NCBI RefSeq assembly: GCF_006345805.1
Contig: NC_043002.1
Span: forward strand, 47,740,001 to 47,804,000
Direction: 5' to 3'
Source of the DNA: Octopus sinensis
Taxonomy: Eukaryota
Length of the DNA: 64,000 nt
The translations under genes were made by a program, and so were the position numbers. Below the pieces are notes generated by a model. It made no database searches and was not told where the DNA came from. It was given only the letters and a program-made list of their open reading frames with translations. Shown here one piece after another: positions 14,163 through 27,059 of the stretch; the first letter of the stretch is position 1; each line of letters starts with the position of its first letter.

Positions 14163-14574
14163 ATTCATCTAGTATTTCATGATTGATGATTTTTAACAAA
14201 TGAAAATTAGATTCAGATTTGATTAATACCAATTGAGGGATGATTTCTAATAGAGAAACAAATATATTACAGGGAGACAAATCAAAGAGTGCATTATGAT
14301 GAAAATGCCAATCTAGACATCAGCCTTTAAAAGCTGAATATATATTAAAGATACCCTATAGAAACTGGTAATATTTCATATATATTTTCAATGGAAACAG
14401 TTATTTGCTACCAAGCTTATATGATGTCTGCAAGAACTTAAACTATAAAAGTAAACAAGCTCAAAAATGAATTTTTAAGTCACTACACAAATTCTGTTAT
14501 TATTAGATATTAAAAGACACTATAAGTACTAGGGAAATTTAATGTATATATAAGTATGTAGTTATGTATGTATG

Positions 14575-14605
<31 letters not shown>

Positions 14606-15107
14606 GCATGTATATGTATGGATATATGCGTGTGTGAGTACATATATATATATATATATCACTGATAATCACTACAGAAATCAACCGTCCAAAGGCAAAT
14701 GGGCAGAGATATTCTCACAGCTTACATTTGGACTCACGTGAACAAGTTTCTGCACTGGCATAATAGCCTCAGCTTCCTCAGCATGTGTTACCATGATACA
14801 GACACCTACTCGTCATGCTGAAGTCTGCACTGCAACTGATTTATTGTGCATGAAATCCTTTTAGCTACTAGTGTGAAAATAATTTCAATACGGAGGAGAT
14901 AATTTATGAAAAAATAATTTGCAATGATATTATTGACTGTTATTATCTAGTGTAAAAATTTTAACATGATAATAACAGAATCAATAATATAGGCGATTGC
15001 AGGCCCTCTGTAGTTATTATCAGTGTATTTTGGCAATTTAAATAAGAGTTTTAACTGCTTTTTCCAGCAGGTAGACATACTTAGTATGTAATTTAATTAA
15101 TTTTATA

Positions 15108-16505
15108 TACGGGGATTGAACAAAATAATGGAACCCCTAGCATCATAGCATCATAATTTTGAAATATCTATAAAACCGTCAAGAGCTTGTTTATTTTTAT
15201 GTTTTTTGGCACCTGTGCAGGTGGCACGTAAAAAGCACCCACTACACTCACACAGTGGTTGGACTTAGGAAGGGCATCCAGCCATAGAAACACGGCCAGA
15301 TCAGACTGGGCCTGGCACAGCCTTCTGGCTTCCCAGACCCCAGTTGAACCGTCCAACCCATGCTAGCATAGATAACGGACGTTAAACAATGATGATGATG
15401 ATGATGTTGCTTAATATGTTTTGCTAAAATTACTGTTTCTTTTCAGATATCATCAGAAACAGGTAATTAAAATTCATTAAAATGACAGATCTATTGGACT
15501 TTCGAAGAGGTCAAATTGTTGGTGCTCATATGGCAGGTGCTAGCATAACAAAAACAGCCAAAATGTTTGGTGTATCAAGAAGTACTGTCTTAATCAAAAC
15601 ATTCAGATAGGGACCAGCGGACTCTTACATGAATTGTTAGAAAGGATCACAAAAGTACAGCTCCCAAAACTACTGCAGAGCTAATTGACAAACTCGAGAA
15701 CCCAGTTTCCACAAAAACCTATGCACCGGGAGCAGCACAAAGCTGGATTTCATAGGAGGGCTGCAATCAGAAAACCACTACTTTCAAAACCAAACATTGC
15801 AAAGCGTTTAGAGTGGAGTAAAAACCAACAGAATTGGTCCCTAGAACAGTGGAAGGATGTCATTCTCTTGGACAAGTCATCCTTTACCTTAATCCCAACC
15901 ACCGGCCGAGTATACATATGGAGACAGCCAAAAGAAGCATTTGACCCAGAGTGCCTTCTAACCGTTAAACATGGAGGAGGATCTGTGATGATCGGGTGGG
16001 AGGGGGACTATATCTTGGAAATCTGCTGGCCCAATGGTTTCCTTTCGTGGCAGAATTAATACTCAAGACTATTTAAGCATTTTATCTCATCAAATTCATC
16101 CTGTGGATGAATTTGATATGGTTATGGAACTATTTCTGGAGGTAAATGCAATCTTTCGGAATGATAGTGCACCAATTCACACAGCTAAAGTTGTTACTGA
16201 ATAGCATGAGGAACATTCTAGTGAAGTTGAACTCTTTATCTGGCCACCACAGTCCCCAGATCTCAATATTATTGAACATTCATGGTGCATTTTATAAAAA
16301 CAAGTAAGGAGTCGATATACTTCACCATCATCACTACAAGAACTGGAGACTGTAGAGTGGAGAAAATTCCTTTGGAAACAATTCAAACTTTGTACGAATC
16401 CATACCTCATAGAATTTAAGCTGTAATTACTGCCAAAGGCGGTCCTACCCCATATCAAAATAAATTTGCTTGAAATTTTAAGTTGTTTCCATTATTTTGT
16501 CCAAC

Positions 16506-16512
<7 letters not shown>
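15108..16512 (+). mobile_element. Tc1-family (DD34E) transposon with a nested retroposon
   Basis: The left TIR is TAC-GGGGATTGAACAAAATAATGGAAC and the right TIR is GTTTCCATTATTTTGTCCAACCCC-TATA. The transposase begins MTDLLDFRRGQIVG at 15482 and retains KHGGGSVM, DSAPIH and WPPQSPDLNIIE motifs. Confidence 0.9.
15205..15407 (+). mobile_element. RTE-tail SINE with (GAT)n end nested in the Tc1 element
   Basis: The segment ggtggcacgtaaaaagcacc...ggacgttaaacaatgatgatg is homologous to 59968-60129. Confidence 0.85.
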
Positions 16513-16538
<26 letters not shown>

Positions 16539-16543
<5 letters not shown>

Positions 16544-17395
16544 CATGCGATGGGTAAATTGTTGCTATTTCATATTTTTAATTTTGCACATGTGTACTGT
16601 TTGTATTTGATTTTGTCAACTACACAGTATAGTAGGGTCTGTTGGGTACCAGTTATGAGAAAAACAACACCATGACGCAATTCACTCTGCCAGAAATTTA
16701 AAAGCAGCATGCTGTACTGCTTAGTATTTATGCTGGAAGCTCCAACATGAACATTTCAGAGGTTTTGGCTGTCAATCTGAGGACATGTACCAAAAAATCA
16801 AACATCCAGTCAACATCATGGTGCTTGGAGTGATCATTAGTGATGGCGATGTTATGCCTCCATTCATCTTCCCACATAGTCTCAGACTTAACACAGATAC
16901 CTACATCAAGTGCCTGGAGGAGTTAGTGCTGCCCTGGGTAAAATGGCTGACTACTGGAAGACCCTATGTCTGGCAACTGGACTCTGCACCATGCTATACA
17001 TGCAGTTGAACTCAGTCATGTCTGTCAAACAATTTCTACAACCACATCACCCCTAACATCTGGCCGCCTTAATCCCCACTTGATTATTATGTGCAGGGCA
17101 CAGTTGAGCAAGAGATCAACAAAATTTCTTGCAACACCAAAGATGAAATGAAGGTATGGATTATGGCAGCATTCAACAACTTAAACAAGGAGACTGTCCA
17201 GAGGAGTAGCTGGAGATTCTGAAATCGTCTGGGGTCCGTGGTTGAAGCCAATGGCGATTTTATTGAGTAAATTTACTCCTTAGTATTTCAAGATATTTTA
17301 AGGTAAATTTGGTAAATATATCTGTTAAACTGAGATGTCAGTGTTATTTTCATTTTTGCATAATTTAGATGACAGTTTATCCACTGCACCCTGTA
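16539..17395 (+). mobile_element. Internally deleted maT/DD37D-like Tc1-mariner element
   Basis: The termini are TACAGCATGCGATGGGTAAATTG and CAGTTTATCCACTGCACCCTGTA. The ORF at 16785-17009 contains IMVLGVIISDGDVMPP...YVWQLDSAPCY, followed by WPP and LDYY relics. Confidence 0.8.
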
Positions 17396-18061
17396 TGTGA
17401 ATGTGTGTGTTTGTGTAGACACACACACACACACACGCAGATACATACAAACATATATCATTATCCAAGCTGTCATGGGTTGGACAGTTTGACAGGATCT
17501 GACATGTCAAAACACTGTGTTGTGCACCAAAGTCTGCCTAATATCAGTCCCTTAACAAAGTTTACTGGGTTCTATTTTGAAGGTTCCAGCACAAGTTAAA
17601 TCATCATGTAATTTGCAGGAGTAAGATCCCCATCAACTGAGTGATACTATAATAGAAATGAAGTTAGATTTATGTTTGGTACTGAAATGTTAAAATATGC
17701 AAAGGTATGAACATGTTTCTTGCTTCTGAGGAGGTACATGGCTAATCTGCATTATATAAGAGTGGGTGAGAGTGATCTGTGTGAAGCTGGAAAGCAAGAT
17801 GGTGGCGATAAGGTGAGTCCTTAGAATAGAAGGTACACATACACAGACACACATGTATAATTCTTAAACCTGTTGTTGTTACATCATCATCATCATCATG
17901 TGATACAAATAATTTTGGTAACAAATGGCAATGGTAAGATGTACAGACTGTCAGATTGACGGACCTAAATATTCTCTGCTAGCATTGCAGAATACTTGGA
18001 GAAATAATTACTACTTTAGACTTCAAGAAGTGTCCATTGGAATGTTATATTGATTGCATTA

Positions 18062-18091
18062 TAATCATTATCATTATTATTATTGTTGTAG

Positions 18092-18122
<31 letters not shown>

Positions 18123-18165
18123 TATTGTTATTATTATTATCATTATTATTATTATTATTATTATT
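18062..18165. repeat. (ATT/ATC)n trinucleotide microsatellite
   Basis: Read directly from the sequence. Confidence 0.95.
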
Positions 18166-18560
18166 AAGGTGTCAAGCTGGCAGAATCATTAGTACACTGG
18201 GCAAAATTCTTAGCAGCATTTCGTCTGTCTTTATGTTCTGAGTTCATATTCCACCAAGGTTGACTTTGTCTTTCATCCTTTCAGGATCAATTTTATTGAT
18301 TTAATCCCTCCCCTGAAACTGCTGGCCATGCACTAAAATTTGAAACTATTATCATTAGGGTGATGTACTGGCATAATTGGTAAAGCATCACACATAATGG
18401 CTTGTGGTATTTAATTGTGTTTCTTTTCCTTTTGGGTTCTTATTCTGCCAGGTTCAATTGTGTTTTGACCCATCAGGAGGCCAATAAAGCAGTTAATTTC
18501 TAGGTTAATCTAATCAATAATTCCCTCTCTTAAAAGATGTAGCCTTGTAGTTTACATTAG
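18165..18560 (+). mobile_element. Two tandem old SINE copies
   Basis: Two successive units start aaggtgtcaagctggcagaatc and agggtgatgtactggcataatt, each followed by the degenerate core. Confidence 0.55.
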
Positions 18561-19399
18561 AAATTAATATTATTATATTCCTTTAAATCCCTTATCAGAT
18601 TTTATGATACTGTAACAACGGCAGTTTCAGTTCCCAGTGTATGCCCTATTCTAATTCTATTTGGCTTTTACCCAAGATATTGATATTCGCAAAGTGTTAT
18701 GGAATAACAGAAACGAAACAGTAGCAGATTAAATTTTCAAAATCATTTTATATTCAAGTTTCAAATCCCATTTGGACAGAGGCCTTGTCTTTCAGCATAA
18801 CTTTGGTTGACAAAAATAAGTACTGAGTATGTCCTGGATTTTTATTCAGTTGATTACATTTGTTCCCTATAAATATTATCTTGGACCTATGAGGAATAAT
18901 CAATATCCCGACTGTTTTTAATAAAGGGATAATTTCATGATTCTTTGATCCATTTTTATTTTAATTTATATCTTAGCTGTATGTTTATGCAGTGAGTTTG
19001 AGATTATATTTTTATTCTTTGGATAAACCTAGTTCAGTTTCTATGACAGAGACTGATGTGCTTCTCATGTTTTCTTTCCATTTGCTCTGTTCTTCATGAT
19101 TTTAGGCACTATTATTTAATATTAATAATGAGCTTTCTGTATATAGTGTTCAACTATACAACTTCTCTGATGCATTACAACAATGATTTTATGCAGTCCT
19201 TTCTGTCAATTCCTACAATTTCTGAAGGTATGCAGTAATATAGACATACATTTAATTGTTGAAAGCACACAGGATTTTGATGTCATTAGACTTAATTATA
19301 CTATGGGTGTCATATACCTAAAATTTTCCGTGTTGTTTGAAACAATATTGCTGTGTTTTCTTGGATGAAACACCGCCAATCATTTAGCCTGATATAATT

Positions 19400-20650
19400 A
19401 TTCTGCCAGCTTGCTGCCTTTCTACATTCGTTATTAAATGTGATATACTTTCACTATACTGTCTATGCCTTATATTGGCATATCTCAGTATCTTATGTAT
19501 TAACTAAATGGAATTCAGTAATGTTTATTCTCAAAGCCTATTCCTGCAGTTTAAAGATCAATGAAACTACCTACCTATTAATCTTCATCTTTTATACAGA
19601 GTTATATAAGTCCCATTGACAGTACTTTTGTGAGGTAAGTTTCATTTATCATTCTAGTTTTTCAACCTAATTTATTTTATTCCCCTTTAGAACACCTCTG
19701 CAATGCTGCAAGACAGATATAGCACATTTGTCTATAGCTTGAGTTTAGTTTTGTCATCTAACTTACATTACATTTAGTTTCTATTACTTCATCTCTTAAT
19801 TTTGTTATATTTCCAGCTACTCATATAATTTCCAAGTATTCTATTGCCCAGGAATAATTCATTAACTACATGAATCATTTTATAGTCAAATAGTTGATGA
19901 TGAATGTCATTGCAAGGTTTTGCATACCACTTTCTAAAATTCTGTAATATTAAGTTATCAATTTGTAATAACTCTAAATTTTCTTTTTCTGCTACAGCTC
20001 TTGTGTTCTGATATTGTATTTCTAGATATTTTCATGTATCATCTGCCAGAATATGTGAAGAATATCTAGATCAATGGCAAGCATGTGATTACACTGAAAT
20101 TATCTGCTACATTGCATTTATTTGGGTCCTTCTACCATAGAACTGTCCTATTTAGAATATCATTGCCAAAATTTGACAAAATTGTCACAATACATAATTT
20201 AATTCTTTAGTAATTCTTACGGGGAAAAGAAAAATTATCTTCAATCAATATTGTTGTAATTCATCAATAACAGAGACATTTTAGTTTGGCATTTTCATGC
20301 ATCAAATCATTTTCTGGGCTTTTATTATACAGAGTAGTCAAAATAAGTTATCATTTTCATAACATGAGGGAGTTCTGGAACCAGTATTATGGTATTGCAC
20401 TAAATACTTTTATTACCCTAGATTTGTCTTCAATAAGTATTGCATTAATGAATTATGTCATCAGAGATTCTTTACAGAATATAGAAATGTTTTAATAGCA
20501 AAGCCAACCAATGTGATTAGATTATCTCTTATGCATAGAACTGGAACATTTTTAATTTGCTCTACAAACGTAAGATGTTTCCAATTCCCTATTCAAAGCT
20601 AATGTAAGGAAATTCTGGTAACTTATACAACTCTTCCTTCCTTATAATTT
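19400..20650 (-). mobile_element. Highly decayed CR1-like LINE relic
   Basis: The minus strand near 20050 reads HILADDT*KY (YADD-like). Only patchy motifs survive. Confidence 0.35.
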
Positions 20651-21559
20651 GTGCTTATTTCCAGTTCTTATTTACAAATAGAGTCTTTGGGTTTAAAGTG
20701 TATTTACCATGAAGGTAGTTTATTGTCTGTGATATAATATGAACAAAAGATCTTTACTCTAGCAGTCTGCCACCTAATAGAATTAATCACCTGATTATAT
20801 ATATTTATGCTGACTTATTTTCTACTAATAATAATTCATAAACTGAAGGAAACAGAACATTTAGTAATCTACTGCCGTACTCTCAAAGAAGTTATAATAA
20901 TATTTCTCAGTCATTAAAGGAATATCTTCAATTTTCTCTCTCTCTCTCCATGCATAAACATACTCCTATCTGTGTATCTATTTATTTGTCTTTCTGTCCC
21001 ACATTTATGCAGTGAACTATATCAGAGGAAGTGCCAAAAGAAGCTGAAATGGCAGCAATCCAGGCCTGCCTGATATTTGCCAACCTTATACCAAGCGTGA
21101 AAGATGAAAAGAGAGAACTACTACACAAAATACACACATGCATGTATGCATATACAACGGACAAGAAGCAATGAAAGGAGCCTTCATGAAGTAAAGTCTA
21201 CTTGGTTGCCCAACCTATTAGAAATAATTAAAAAGTCTCCTGCAAATAACACCCTGACATCTTAAAAAAGGGTAGATACATATTGGATGTTCTAGAGATC
21301 AAGACAGGGTGACTATAGGTGAAAAGCCAGTGATCATAGCTATAGTTAATCAGGGTTGACATGGTGCTACATAATAACATTAATAACAACATATGATGCA
21401 CACACACATACAGACACAGATATATATGCACAAAAACAAATAATAAGTAAAATAAAACAGTCGCACAAACTTACAAATGCAACAGAAACTCATTTTCATT
21501 TGTTTGAACTCATCTCTTATCTCTATTTAAATGCCTGTCCATCTGTTTTAACAGAGCTT

Positions 21560-21690
21560 AGAAAATCTGAAAGACCAATGCAATATGTGTTTGAATCTGA
21601 GAGGGGAATATGTTGAATAAAATCATAATTAACCAACCCTCTTCTATTTTCTTTTGTTTAAAGTCAGGAACTTACCAGTACCCCCTCGTA
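21560..21690 (+). mobile_element. Mariner 3' end fragment
   Basis: A C-terminal CLNLRGEYVE* is followed by the TIR gtcaggaacttaccagtaccccctcgTA. Confidence 0.75.
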
Positions 21691-22368
21691 TGTATATATG
21701 TGTACATACACACACACACAATATTTTTCTGGACAAAAATACTTCTTCTGTTTAGGGCATTATTCCCAAGGTTTCCAAGGTTTTTTAATATGTTATTTAA
21801 GGGATTCCTTTCATTTCCATATGAATTTGTATAAATAAAAATCATTGGAAGAATCAATTTATTAGACGAAGACCAATAAATGTCATCAACTAAATGGAAC
21901 AGGTTTTGATGGTAATATGGATTATTTATTTAATTTAACCAGACAGCTGTTTCTATTACAAAAGACTATATTAACATATATAATTGCAGAATATGTATTT
22001 CAACAAAAGTAAAACACATTATTATATTAATTCATTTGGAACTCATCAGTAGATAATAATTAAATGTTTTAATATTTAAAGTTTTCTTCTTTGTGATCAT
22101 TATAATGATTTCGTTTTCTAACTAATTTTTTTCTTTCACTTGCCAAATCAAATTTTAAACTGTAGCTTACAAGTGTAACTTTATTAGTATGCAGTTCCTT
22201 ATATTCGTATCATTATCTACTCATTACTCCCTCCCTACATATCTAATCAAAACATTGTCCTCGATTCTCCCTAATATGCTGATCAAAAAAGCATGCACAT
22301 GTACATCTTGAAATACCATATAAGGGGTTATATATTTTACAAAAAAACATTCTGTTGAACATTTTAGT

Positions 22369-23140
22369 AACTGCAGTGGAACGTGTCAATACATGGATAC
22401 TGGTAGATCCATTAGAACAAAAAATGGACAGATTTTCACAAATGCAGATATGAACTGCAAAAGCAGAAATTTGATCTACTGCATTAAATGCCCTAATTGT
22501 GAGGAACTATATATTGGTGAGATAGGGAATGCATTATCGGAATGCTCATGAGTTCACAGACAACAAATCCAACACATTAATGTTTGCCAAATTTCATTGA
22601 GCGAACATATAGAAACGTGTGGTCAGAAAATGTTTCTAATTTTTCCTATCCACAAACTACATGATACAGGTGAGGTTGGAAGAAAGATAAAAGGAAAACG
22701 TTTTATTTAGATGTTCAAACCTGTTCTGAATTGAAATAACAGCAATAATGTAACAACCAGCTAATGATGTGGATTAAAAAATATCTTTAACATATGAATA
22801 TAAACAAATTACAGAAGACTCCCACAATCGAAACCAACTAAGTTTGCTCACTCATAAAACCATTACATGTAAACTACAAGCTAATGGGTTAAAATAAAGG
22901 CAGGAGTTATGCCAGTAATATTGGTACACCTGGCAAACTGATCTTTAAGATGCATGCTGATTGGTCAAAACCGCATAAGAAAAATTCAGCTCGCCAGAGC
23001 CTTCTAAACGGTATAAAAAGGAAGAAATCAGTCATTTTGCTACAGTTGTCAAGCACTCAACTCAACTGTCAGTTAATACATTTTGAAATCTGATGATTAC
23101 TATGAAAGTAAAAAATTGCTAATTGAATGTTATGAACATT
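22369..23140 (+). mobile_element. Penelope-like element 3' part: GIY-YIG endonuclease pseudo-ORF (22369-22734) plus pseudo-LTR
   Basis: One continuous frame reads NCSGTCQYMDTG...CKSRNLIYCIKCPNCEELYIGEIG...*VHRQQI...EHIETCG...FI*MFKPVLN*, with two internal stops. It is too short for the ORF track. Confidence 0.85.
22957..23048 (+). promoter_or_regulatory. Pol II core-promoter-like module in the Penelope pLTR (reverse CCAAT, TATA, Inr)
   Basis: ATTGG lies at 22960-22964 and TATAAAA at 23012-23018. An Inr-like CAGTT has its A at 23044, placing TATA at -32 and CCAAT at about -82. Confidence 0.45.
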
Positions 23141-23300
23141 ATTAAATATTTTTTTAATGTTTAATACACTTCAACATTGTAAAAATTTTTTTTAAATAAG
23201 ATAATAAAAAATGTGAAAACCAGACTATGTTGTAACTTTATTCAACTGATATATTATTCTATACACATTTATACAAATTTGGAATATCTGTCTGTCTGTC

Positions 23301-23330
<30 letters not shown>

Positions 23331-23331
<1 letters not shown>

Positions 23332-23531
23332 TCTTTTACTTGTTTCAGTCATTTAACTGCGGCCATGCTGTAGCGCCACCTTTAGTTGAACAGATCAACC
23401 TCAGGACTTATTCTTTGTAAACCTAGTACTAATTTAATCAGTCTCTTTTGCTGAACCGCTAAGTTACAGTGATGTAAACACATCAACATCGGTGTCAAGT
23501 GATGGTAGGGGACAAACACAGATATACAAAT

Positions 23532-23590
<59 letters not shown>

Positions 23591-23722
23591 CAATAGGCTT
23601 CTTTCAGTTTCCATCTACCAAATCCACTCACAAGGCTTTGGTTGGCCTGAAGCTATAGTAGAAGACACTGAATCCAGAACCATGTGGTTGGGAAGCAAGC
23701 TTCTTACCACACAGCCACTCCT
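23331..23722 (-). mobile_element. tRNA-derived SINE
   Basis: Same family as 5373-5791. Confidence 0.85.
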
Positions 23723-24864
23723 AAAATACCTCCAAAGTCTAATATTTTCCATACTACTATAAATGTAAACATACTTTGCAATTACTTTATGTGGACTAAC
23801 ATTAACTTCTAAACTAATACATAGAACAAGATAGTGACAATATTGCTGTTTATTTTTCTTGCTATTTTTGTACCTGGCAATAATCAAATATTATCTTATT
23901 AGGGCCTTTAATGTTATGCATAGAAATAATTAAACATTGTCCTAGATGATAACAAAGGCTATTTCAGCATTATGGTAAAAAGTTAAACTATCATTTCAGG
24001 CATTTATTATTATTATTTACAAACTGGATAGTAACCATGAACAATACACTGAGATATTCTGAAATTCCTTTACTTTGTAAAATAATAGGAAGTATAAAAT
24101 TCAATTCTAAATTCATTGATATTTACTGACAAGGTTTCTCATCAGAAGAAAACAGTTTTTCCATTTCAAGTCATTAAATACTTTTAACCTAATTCACTGT
24201 TTCATTTTAAGCTAATTCACTCCATTAAAATATCACTGAAGTAAACATTTTTTTCTTCAATGTGCCATCTCAATGCTTACTTCATTAACTATGCTGTCTT
24301 TTAGCAAAAAAGAATGCTGGCATAAAAAGTAAATTATAAAGCTAAATGTCTGCAGCTATAAATGCTATATTCTGTGGAATTTTGAAACTATATGAAAGAT
24401 ATTTTAGACTGACTAGTCATTTTAGATATTTATTGGTCAGTTAAACTCAATTTTCCTGCTGAAGTATCATATTAAATAATGGAATTAAATGACAAACTGT
24501 TGGCAGAGGTAATAGGAAGCAAACCAAATGATTTACAGTTCAGTTCATACTGGACTGAAGTTTTCTCTCACCAGCTTATCTATAAATTATATAACAGTTA
24601 TATATTGGGGTCAGATAATTGAATATGACCTTACAAATTTGGCTTTGTGCCTACATAAGAAATGATTATGTATAACAATTTATGAAATTTTAAATGCAGA
24701 GAATTGGATATAGACAAAGTCAAATTAATTGATCTCAGTATAATATTAGTAACATAATTTTCACTGCCTTAGGGTGATAAAAATACAAAATCACCTCATT
24801 GCACATGAATTTCAAATCTAAGAGCTCCCTATTATACTAACTACTTCTATTGTTTTTTATAGTT

Positions 24865-24980
24865 TCCCAGCCACATGGTTTTGAATTCAGTTCAACTACG
24901 TGCATCTTAGATAAGTGTCTTCTGCTATAGCTTTGGGCTGACCAAAACCTTGTGATTGAATTTGGTAGGTGGAAGCTTCT
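24865..24980 (+). mobile_element. tRNA-SINE head fragment
   Basis: The segment ccacatggttttgaattcagttc...aagtgtcttctgctatagc matches the SINE head in plus orientation. Confidence 0.6.
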
Positions 24981-25763
24981 ATTGTGTGTGTACATGTGTG
25001 TGTAAGTGCTTGTACTTCCTAAAAAAGAGGAGGGGAATATATATACATAAAACAACAGTGAAATTATATAAATAATATTAATTTCTAGCACTGGCACAAG
25101 ATTGCAAATTTTGGAGGACGAGATGCTCAATTAAACTAATCTTAAACTGATCAAGTTTTTTATTGACCTCAGAAAGACAAAAATCAAAATTGACCATGAC
25201 AAGATTTGGGCTCATTGTAAAGAGCTGTGATTAAAAAATGCAAGGTATTTTTGTCTGATGTGAAGATAATTTTATATTATAAATAATATTGGTAAATGCA
25301 CCTACTTCTGAATTTTAAATTTTCCCCATCTCCCAATATAAATTTATTAAACTGTACAAAAGTAAAAAAAAAGAAACATAAGTTTACTTCATCAAAATTT
25401 TTCCACATTGATGTCAGTTTAGAGTTTACAAATATAAAAACTCATTCCAAAGATAGATTTATTCATAACTGTTTAATCATTTTATATATTGCCTAATATA
25501 CATATTCTGGTATTCATGGAATATAATTCCAATACAGGATTGAATCAATTAAGTTGACTTTACCACCACCCCAACAAAAATATTTGCAGCCTTGCATCAA
25601 TGTTAGAAATCAATATTATTTATATAATTTTACTGCTGAAGTATTACATTAAATAATTCAGTTTCCATCAACTGTAAACTCATAAATGTTGACAGGTAAG
25701 AGATGCATTTAACTATTCTTGCATTCACAGGAAAGAAAGGACTGATAAAGATATTTTCAGACA

Positions 25764-27059
25764 TACGAGGGGCGTTCAATAAGTAATGCCCCTGACCTAC
25801 TTCCTATAGCAGTAGAGCAACGAAACTTGGCACAGTTATTAGTCTTTCTCTACATAGGAACCACCCAGAGTTACGCATTTCTCCCATTGTTTGATGCAGC
25901 TCTGGAGACCGTTTTTGTAGAAGACCCCAGCTTGGTCCTCCAACCACGACGTGACTTCAGAAATCAAGGCTGCATCATCTGGGAAACACTTTCCTTTCCA
26001 AAACAACCTCATGGCTGGGAAGAGGTGAACATCAGAGAGTGCAAGGTCAGGAGAGTAGGGGGGATGGGGAGGAGTTCATAGCCGCATGCCTGTGCTTCTG
26101 ATCTGGTGACACGCGAGTTGTGGACCGGAGCATTGTCCTGCAGGAGGAAGATGACTTTGCTGATCTTGCCCCGCCTCTTGATTTTGATAGCTTCTCTTAA
26201 TTTCCTCAAAAGTGAAGCATAATAGGCTCCTGTAATTGTGGTACCCTTTGCCAGGAAATCTGTCATCACTACTCCGTCCTGGTCTCAGAAGACTGTGAGC
26301 ATGACCTTACCAGCAGAGGGCTGCACCCTTGCCTTCTTTGGAGGAGGTGAGTCACGGTGCTTCCACTGCATTGACTGGGCTTTTGTCTCTGGATCATAGT
26401 GATGGACCCAGGTTTCATCCTGTGTAATCAGTCTTTTGAAAAATTTTGACTCATCTTCTTGGCACATCTCCAAATTCGTCCTCGAACACTCGACGCGTTC
26501 TTGCTTCTGGAAAGGTTTGAGCAACCTGGGAATCTATCTGGCAGACACCTTTTGCATATGCAAATGGTCATAAATGATAGTTTCCATAGACCCAGTACTA
26601 ATCTTGACCTCATGGGCTATTTGGCAAATAGTTATGCATCGATCTTCCAAAATGGCAGCCTCAACTTGACAGACAGATGCCTCATCAATAGCAGAAGGGG
26701 AGCGACCAGATTTGGGAGCTCTTTCCACAGAGTTCCGACCATGTTTGAATTCCCGAAGCCAGCATTTTACAAGGTCATATGATGGGGCATCATCACCATA
26801 AGTTACTTTTATTTCATCAAAAGTCTCCCGTGGTGTACGTTCTTTCAAATACAAAAACCAGATCACTGCTTGACACTCAACAGGCTCCATTTCACACTTG
26901 ACTCAGTTCAAATACCTGTAAATCAGAAACCACAATTAGTTCAGAGCTGTAATTTGCCACTTAATCTATAGAGATATAAATAATTGCACATGCAAAATTT
27001 CAGTTAGATCAAACAACTGCAAGTGGGTCAGGGGCATTACTTATTGAACGTCCCTCGTA
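25764..27059 (-). mobile_element. Young full-length mariner (DD34D) with TA target duplication; transposase pseudogene 26890->25839
   Basis: The 32-bp TIR CGAGGG(G/A)CGTTCAATAAGTAATGCCCCTGACC has 1 mismatch and TA on both sides. ORF pieces are MEPVECQAVIWFL, LITQDETWVHHYDPE and LLQDNAPVH. The frame is broken by frameshifts and a TGA in VF*DQD. Confidence 0.95.

Noticed and set aside
14744-14815. Minus-strand MVTHAEEAEAIMPVQKLVH followed by GTGAGT and GTAAGC donors
   Set aside because: It is phase 0, which is incompatible with the phase-1 agrin junction; the acceptor is poor and no homology was recognised.
21016-21174. 52-codon plus-strand frame (TISEEVPKEAEMAAIQACLIF...) after a pyrimidine tract
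   Set aside because: There is no recognisable domain and no partner exons, and this length is reachable by chance in 64 kb.
22020-22052. CTGATGA motifs here (minus) and near 24130, 38570 and 46233 as hammerheads
   Set aside because: None has a stem II followed by GAAA and a stem III.
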